This document shows, piece by piece, positions 38,801 to 46,952 of a stretch of 46,952 bases of DNA. The DNA lies in the NCBI GenBank assembly GCA_905331295.1, contig CAJNYD010000273.1:1-46952 (forward strand). Direction: 5' to 3'. The position numbers and the translations under genes are program-made. Source of the DNA: Rotaria socialis. Taxonomy: Eukaryota. Within the stretch, counting starts at the first letter, position 1; every line of letters starts with the position of its first letter. The notes beneath the pieces were generated by a model, which saw only the letters and a program-made list of their open reading frames with translations, had not been told where the DNA came from and ran no database searches.

Positions 38801-41800
38801 GATTTTTAACTGTTATTAACGAATGAAAACTAATAAATTTACTGTTTTTTCAGTAGATATAGAGATAATTTATCCAGCAAGAAATCATCCGAGTCGACCA
38901 ATACCAGCAGCAACGAGCAATGTGAGTGAACTGTTGCGTTTGTCTTGTACTTATGATGCATTTGACAAAACCAGCTAACTGCAGTATTAAAAAATTTATA
39001 TTATATATAGATTCTGCTTCAGACATATCGACTGCAGTAGCTAATATATCTGAATTCTGTATTGTTTCAGTCTATAAACAAGACGCTACTTCATCATTCC
39101 TGAACATATTTAATAATAATGAAATTTTGATAGAAACGTTTTTTTTTATTGAGTGTCAAAGTAACATTAGATCAAACAATTACCTAAGGCGTTCATTTGC
39201 AGTCATGGAAACTATTCATCAAATTTTTTCTGTACTTTTCTTTATTTAACGGAACTTCTGAACTTGTTTTATAGCATCACAAGACGATTTGATTTTATCA
39301 AATCAAAGAACCAAAAATCATATAAATCCACAAAATTACTTGATCGAAAATGTGATGTACTCATTTCTGGGATAACAATTTTTTTTTTGTAAAACCTAAT
39401 GTGTTTCAATAGGAAATGTGAAGATCTACACCCGAAGTAATATTCGATCTGATGTTCCCAATAAAAACAGTTGTTATCGGCAACTTATTATAATAATATT
39501 AGTTAAAGACTCATCAAATATAGAACTATTTTAATAATATCTTATATGAGAATACCAGTTTTTAGTCTTAGTTTGCTTAAAGACTAAAACTCAATCCTAG
39601 AAATATTTTAATTCGACAATTTACAAAAGAAATACAAATCAACCAGACTATACTATTATATTTCACTTAGATTCTGTCTTCAAGAACACAAATTGAACGA
39701 GATAAACTTTATTCGGTTTGTTTAAGTTTTCTTTCATTTGATAATTTATGAATAATAAAATAATAGCGAACGGCAGAAAGAAAACCACTATATATACAAA
39801 GTACTAATTCAACAATCGATGTAATCTCCGGTGATATTACTCAAATTGAGGTAAAATATTTTTATATAGTGACTCGGTAAATAAAAACGATGACATGTAT
39901 TCGGTAGACCGATATGATTGTGTGCGTTACTACTTCGGCCACTCTATTAAGACATGTTCTAACGCAAGCTGGATCATCCATAGAATCACAATTTCTTAAA
40001 GTTGGAAATTCAACAAACGATATTATTCTCAATGGAGGTTCGACTAAAGCACGACACATTCTTTTCTTGCCATGGTATCAAGAAGTTCAAGCATGGCAGA
40101 TCTCTAAAGCACACGAGGTTTTTCCATTGATATTGCTCAGAATGAAGAAATTTCTATGTTCTTATTATTAATTAGTCTTTATCAAAATTAGTTATACGAT
40201 GTCTTCAGTATGCACATGAACAAAAACTGAAATCAATTGCTTTTCCACCTGTAATTAAATATTGTGATTTTTGCTTTATTTATAACACTTTGTTGCTATT
40301 TAAGATTGGAACTGGAAAGATTGGACTTGATCCCAATAAAGTTTGCGAATTCATGATAATGGCAGCCAATAAATATTTACAGCAACATAAATTAGATGTA
40401 ATGTTTGTTATTTATTCATCGCAAGAGTTGAAGCATCATCAACAAACTTATCAAGTAAATGCATTGAATCAAGATATTGTCAGAATCGTTTTTTTTTTCG
40501 GTTGCATAGATATTTCGTGATTATTTGGATACTCTTTGCCTAGAAGTTCAGCAGCAAAAGGTTAAAATACCATTGTCGAATGATGTTTTACAGCCGACAT
40601 CCATTGGAAATCCAAGGAGTCAATCGATCCAGCGAACTGTGAAATGTAAGCAGATTTGTTGGTTATATCTTGCATACGTTTTAAACTAGTGATAGTTTCA
40701 GAGAGAGAGAGACGACTTAACCGATCGAGCCTTTCTTATACAAACTAGATGTCCATGATATAAATAACGACCTAACAAATCTGTTAACATATATGATAAG
40801 AATGTGAACTCATGCCTCTCCATAGCACGTGACAGATTTTCATCATAATCAATTCAAAAACTATATGTTTATGAGCATCTCGTTACAACATATATACATA
40901 TATATACGTTGTTACTGCACTTGGCACGAATTAAATTTAAAAAATATAATGACAGAATATGTCCTGAAATGAGTTGCATTCATCCAATATCTTATGATCA
41001 CAAACAGCAATGAAACCGTGTTGTGTAGCTGAATTCAAAAAAGATTGTTTTAGGAGTGTTTCTTTGCTGAAAAGGCGATTCTAAGCATTTATTAAAATCC
41101 TAAACTAGCTGCTGAGAAAAATGAGTTTTGATCATGAAGATCACTATCGACACACTGTAAAAAAATATTATTTGTACAATGTTCAGTATAATCTTCGAAA
41201 AACATTAAATTCTTAGCTATACATGAATCATTGTAATAAATTTAGTGGATTAATAATTTTGATGATGTTTCGTAGGGTTCACGTATTCATTGTAATCTAT
41301 CATAAACGTTCGTTGTAGAATCGTTTAACGAAAATATACATCATCTATCATATTCTTAATAATAAGAATGAAAAGTTTATCTTTAGACAAACAAATAAGA
41401 ATGGTTTCCGAATTGTCAAATATAGATGACCAACGTAGACGATTGGAGAAAGCACTAAGAGAATTAATCTGCGAAAAAACATACGACCTGTGTTTAGTTC
41501 GAAGGCATTTCATCGATCAAGTATTTTATTTATTCAAATCTTTATAACTAATTTCTGTCACTCGTATTGAAAAGGTTGAAATATTAATTGATATTTGCTT
41601 GGCGTATCATGTATTACCTCATGTGGACTTTTCTAAAAATGAATTAAGACTTTGTGGAGATCATGACTCATGTACACAATGTTATGCTAATCTTCGACCA
41701 GAATCATCGATTTTTAAATACTATATCTATAGAAATGGAAAAACATCAGACGAAATCAAAATGAATATGTATCAATCATTGAAAATTGATGAAGCTATTT

Positions 41801-42657
41801 TAGTTAATGAATCAAAAGTAAAAATAAAATTGAATAACTTTATTTGAAAAGGTTTTTTTTCAATTGCTATTAGATTCTTATCGAAGGTGAAAATGATATT
41901 GTATTTGATATTGACTTGAAAAATTCTCAAGTAAATATCAAGGGTGACAGAAGACCTGCTCAACTTTGTAGAAAAGAATTGAATGGTAAAAACAAAGCTT
42001 GTGCATACGTTCAAGAATCCTTGAAAATCAATTCTTTTATTTCAGAAGATTCAAAAATTATTCGGCCGTCTATATGGATTAGCCCTTCCTTGAGAATTCA
42101 AACATTTCAAGTGACAAATCATGTCATAAATTCCACGGAATGTGTGCGTGCCTTTCAACAATCAATGCCTATATCTGAATGGTTTATTGAACAAGTATGA
42201 TTATGCCTTAATTGAAGAATTGTTCGAACCACTTATTTTTTATTTGTTAAAAGGTTGATGCTATTCAAAATTGGCCATTATATGTTCATGTTGCTACGAA
42301 AAAATGTCAACATGATGCATTCGTTTTTTATGGGTGCTCATTTTCATCTGTTCAATCGACGATTCACTATGGTCTATATTCAAATCGCGGTTTGCCATTT
42401 TGCATTTTAATGAGTAAAAACCTCGTGTTTGTAATTTAGGTGAACAACAAGGTACGATTCAGTTAACTCGTGCTGCATTGGATAGTCATATATGTAATAC
42501 GCGTCGTTCGACCGATGGAAAATATTACATATTTGCTGTTCAAGTATCAACCAAAACGAAACTTGACCAGAATTTTATCAATATAAGCAATAACGACGCT
42601 AATCTAGCTTTGCCTACTCATTTGATTATATATCGACGGCAGAAAATAATTCAATAA
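35825..42657 (+). CDS. PARP-family multidomain protein: tandem CCCH zinc fingers, macrodomain, WWE and degenerate PARP catalytic-like domain
   Basis: Exon 35825-35881 splices to 35932: LPLCSKYQQNPMSCHTNECKNLHLCHDYVLNSKCSKFDFNGKCSHSHSL..HN. Macrodomain exons 39767-39850, 39908-40117, 40176-40250 and 40305-40454 (VISGDITQIE, KSIAFPP|IGTG). WWE-like about 41710-41985. PARP-like exons to 42194, 42254-42389 and 42441-42657 (IQNWPLY, VFYGC, YYIFAVQV, ALPTHLIIY). Exons between 36734 and 39670 only partly resolved. Confidence 0.72.
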
Positions 42658-44340
42658 AAATTTCGAGAATTCTCCTAATATTAATATGTCAGAAAATAAT
42701 GGTATAATGAGCTGGAGAAAGTAACAAATATTCCCAACGAATCTCTCATATCTTGATTCATTTCTTAAATGTCCCTACTGTCAATGAAAAAGCGAGATAA
42801 CTCTATGCAAAAAATAGTTTACATTAAACTGATAGATGCTAGTGACTTTCCAGATGATAATCACCTACACGGGAGCCGAAAAAAGATCGAGAACTAACGT
42901 TCGCTCTCTAACAAGAAACTTGAGTACAGAATCCACATCACAACTAAAACTACATTCGCAACAACATCTGTCATGTAGCTTTCCAGCCCAAAACAAAGAA
43001 GCAATGAGTTATAGTAGTTCTGCTGATAGTACTTCGGTGGTGATATCAGTATCTGTTAGCATGGATAGTGTCTGTACGATGCAGACATTTTATGTCTACA
43101 TAGTAACTTTTGTAGCTACAACATCTTGCTGAATGATTGTGTTCATCGTACTGTATACTTAAGTGGAGTGTTTTAATTACTGAAGTTTTATTTCAAAATA
43201 TGAAGAGAGAACATCATACTGCGACGATTATAAGTTTTGAGTTTGACTCACATTTGCCAACTAGTATTTTGCTTTTATAAAGTTTATTCAAGAAATAACG
43301 AAGGTACGCGTAGCAGTTACGCCACTGAGATGACTAACGATGAAGTAACCTTTAATAACTGGTACGCATTCAGATGCACAATCGTCTTCCTCACATAGGT
43401 CATATTGTGTTTTGCTGGTATCAACTAGTTCTCGGTCTTGTGAACGTTTTATGTAACTGTGACTAGTTTCCACCGATCAAGGGTATTGTCCAATCCAATT
43501 TCATATTGGAAGTGTTTATTATCCTTGTTATATTTTTGTACAGTGCTGGATTGTGGAAACCAACATAATTTCCATTCGCAACTGAATTATTAACTATTTC
43601 AATTTTGAACATCGAGCAATGATGTTGATTAGTCGGCTTGTCATCCTGTTCACTTCAATATTTGTTAACTCGCTTCTGTTGCCAACGTGTGTGAAGGATT
43701 TTCGCTAGTTTTATTGATGTCATATTCCATCACGTTGATTTGTTTTTGTTTTTGATCTTGATCTGCAATAAGATTCTGTTTGAATCTTCGTCGCGTTCAA
43801 TGTGCTCGGCTTGCTGTAACATTCGACATAAAGAAGTTTGCTTTGAATTGACCAGCATGATTTATTTACGACAATCCGGTGTAGTCCAGGACGAGCATTA
43901 CAACGGTTTACGTTTGTACTATACTATCGTATGTTTTACTGGATAGTGTTCTAAACCACTTAAACGGTACTTCTTTACTAATCATTTATCCGGTGGTTTA
44001 TTCTTTTTGCTATACATTTTGTGTCCTTTCATCAATATAGAAAAGATCATGTTACGTGTTTTATATGAGTGAACTAACTATATCATGTTTATATTTCGCA
44101 TATAATATTACGCCTACAGAAATGCAACTTTTCACGAGAAAAAAAAGATTAAGTCCAATCGAATATTCCTTAAAAAAAGTCTGCTTTAATTTGTTGAAAT
44201 ACTTTGTTTACTTCATTGAATTTCGAGCTTCTTTTGTAAGTCCACGTCGGTGTTCTTCAGTTAGAAGATTTTCTTTGTAAGAGTGGTCGCTAAAATAAAC
44301 CAACATTTGACTTTTCTGAAAGATAAAAAGAAATTGTTCT

Positions 44341-44365
44341 ATATATATATATATATATATATATA
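44341..44365. repeat. (AT)n microsatellite
   Basis: Visible AT run. Confidence 0.9.
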
Positions 44366-46952
44366 GGTAAGGATACATGAACTAAGAATATTACTATCAA
44401 TTTTGATTTTGTGGCACACATGTGATTTGAGCATATGACTATTACAGTTTTCACGTAACTCTGAAATAGGATAAGTGCGAATAAGAAAAATAACTAGTGA
44501 ACGACTGTTTTGAAACAATAATAAATTCTACATCGCCACTTATGTTTTTACGATTTGATCGAATTGCTAATGGATAGGAATTAGTTTCTTCAAACAAAGG
44601 TCGATATAATGAATTGCGTCTGGTGTTTCGTTTTTGAAGTAAAAGATCCACGTGGAAACGCCTATCTATGTGATGCGATTATTACACATAGATTTGATAC
44701 GTAAATGGCGGAAAATACTAAAACTTACAATATATAATATATACAGTTATACAGCTATATAAACTATAACAGAAAAAAATAGTTCGAAATGGGACCGATC
44801 TAGATCTCTTTCTCGCTGATTCGGATGAACGCAAATAAAACAACATTAAAAATAATCTAAGTAAAAAGATTTTCAAAATAAAACAAATTTGATAACAAAA
44901 TTGTGATATCCATATATTCGCAACACCCTTTGTAAAAAACAATCACTTTTACTCAAGTCGGAAGAAGTAAAGAGAAAAATTCAGACGTCAGCCACATTCT
45001 TACTTTTTAAAGTATATGTCTGTTGTTGTTGTGTAATGATTTACTCAAGAGTAGCTTGGTAAACTTCACTCTGAGATTCTCATATGTATGTAATTTTCAA
45101 TATTCTTATTAGTAGATATTTCATTTCGACAATTTTTAGGATTAAATGACAGTTATTTCATGCGCACATACAATAGTATAATCTAATCAATAAAGTAAAT
45201 CGAATAGAATAACAACTACAACATGTAAAATGTCATTCATGCGACTTAGGTTAACTTTAATTAATGTCACGCTAAAACCAGAAAGATTGAAAATATTCAA
45301 AGCTGATATTTTTAGGATGAAAGTACCTTACTTAAAATAAGAAAAATGTGACTTTCCCTTAACTATCAACTGTGAACTTTTCATTGCTAGCAGTGTTATA
45401 AGATATTAGAATTACTTATTCCTATCTGAATTCAACAGTTGTCACAGCCTTCTTCACTTTGCATGTTTTTCTTTCATGCTTTTGTTCGTATAAGTCATTA
45501 TTGATATTCTGCTTAATTCTTTTCTTACCCGAACGATCTCCATCTGCTATACCTATTTAAACCGAACGTCCCTATTGGTAGTGCTATGTCGATTAATATC
45601 AAGCATTTCGCAGTTGTGTTCAGATAAAATCAACTCATTAAATTATTAACGATATCATTCTAGCATTAGTTTTGCGTTAAATGTGTACTCCACCATTGAT
45701 TACAATATACGATAAGAATCAATTAAATTATTATACGAAGCAGAGAATATACACCAAGTCGAGAAATATACTCATATGAACATATTAAGATGACAGATGT
45801 CCTTTACAAGCAGAACACACATTCAACAATTCAAGATTTTATCCCAGTATTGATACACTAATTCATTCTCATCGGCAGCAAAAACTATCTTTTTCATCCA
45901 TCAAACATTCATGAACAAACACTCAACAAAAACATCCAAAACATCACACAACAAAAAAAACAATGTTCAAACCTTTCGAAAGAATTTCAAAAAACATTGC
46001 ATATCATTTTCCGTATAATTTCATGCCATGCCACACAACATTAGGCAAAGTCTAAACATACAATAAATAAGATATTGGAAGGCGATAAAATAATCTAAGT
46101 CTAACATTCAAGACATTTGCACGTACAAAAACAACATCGTTGATTCGCATCCAGTTGTATAAACTCGCCACATATTTTGATTACGGCGGCCGTCGCTGAC
46201 AGTCCTGTATGACCGTCCTAAGCCATCGCACTTAAACACGCCTAAGATCACCCTCTAAACTCACCTAATACTGTCTACGTCATTTCTCGTGCCGGTTTCC
46301 CGAGGGCCCAGTAAAACAACACGCACTACAGCTGCGAGAATCCAATGCCTGGACTCATCATATTACATGTTTCGTAATTTTTCTTCAACATTGAATCAAA
46401 CAAAGTCGATATTTTCAAAGACTAGCTGAAGGCTGATCTACTAACAGCGTCGGTATGATCAAATTCGATTAAACCTTTTTTTTCGACAAAAATACATGGG
46501 CAAACCTGACTAAAAATGACAAAACTTGTCATGAATCTCTTCCCAGACGTTATTCCATCAATCCGAAGTGATTTCTAGAATCCCCAGCTACTGGACATTC
46601 GAATGACAACTTCCAAATCGTTCAACTCAGTTTCAGTCGAACTGTTATCAAATATTGAAAACATTTCTACGTATATTGGAGGAAATTTTCAAATTCTATT
46701 GATTAGTCTTTTTCTTGCTGCCCATAACTTTACAAATAAATACTACTCTTTCTATTATGCTTATGACTTATTTACAATTTTTGTAATTTAATTTAGGATT
46801 TTCATACCAATCCAAAATTGAAAGAGGTAAAATCACTTTCTACAATATCTACGTTGGATAAGAACGTTTCTCTTTTCTATGATAGATGGTTCTTGAACTT
46901 CTGCAAGATATGTTATTCAATAATCATTTGATTGCAGCGGAACATAAAGCTG

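Noticed and set aside
41153..41166. CACTGTAAAAAAA CMC/EnSpm-like terminus
   Set aside because: No matching inverted end found nearby.
42800..43950. Coding-like composition on the minus strand
   Set aside because: All frames are broken and no family is recognisable; may be an old relic but cannot be supported.
46337..46362. Minus-strand TGATGAGTCCA-GGCAT-TGGA hammerhead-like hairpin
   Set aside because: No GAAA after stem II and no leading C of CUGAUGA.

Overview
AT-rich eukaryotic genomic scaffold with one 201-nt N gap (11242-11442) and single-n junctions at 34711 and 34991. Genes have many short (about 50-70 nt) GT-AG introns; this, together with the gene content, suggests a bdelloid rotifer (inference). 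Apparently intact genes: the 3' end of an unknown Ser/Thr-rich gene, a type II membrane protein ending in a UMOD/GP2-like D8C domain, an intronless secreted Cys-rich orphan, a 3xBIR+RING IAP, an SK-type (KCNN) K+ channel, an SLC15/POT peptide transporter, and a large multi-exon PARP-family gene. Four decayed genes lie among them: an S33 alpha/beta hydrolase, an AANAT-like GNAT, a Fem-1-like ankyrin gene and a STIG1-like/NIDO-like membrane gene. Two complete MITEs carry 8-bp target-site duplications. The most notable candidate is the PARP-family gene, which combines ZAP/PARP12-type tandem CCCH fingers, a PARP9/14-type macrodomain, a WWE domain and an apparently catalytically dead PARP fold with the His->Tyr change known from ZAP. 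All family calls come from motif recognition by eye; no searches were run.
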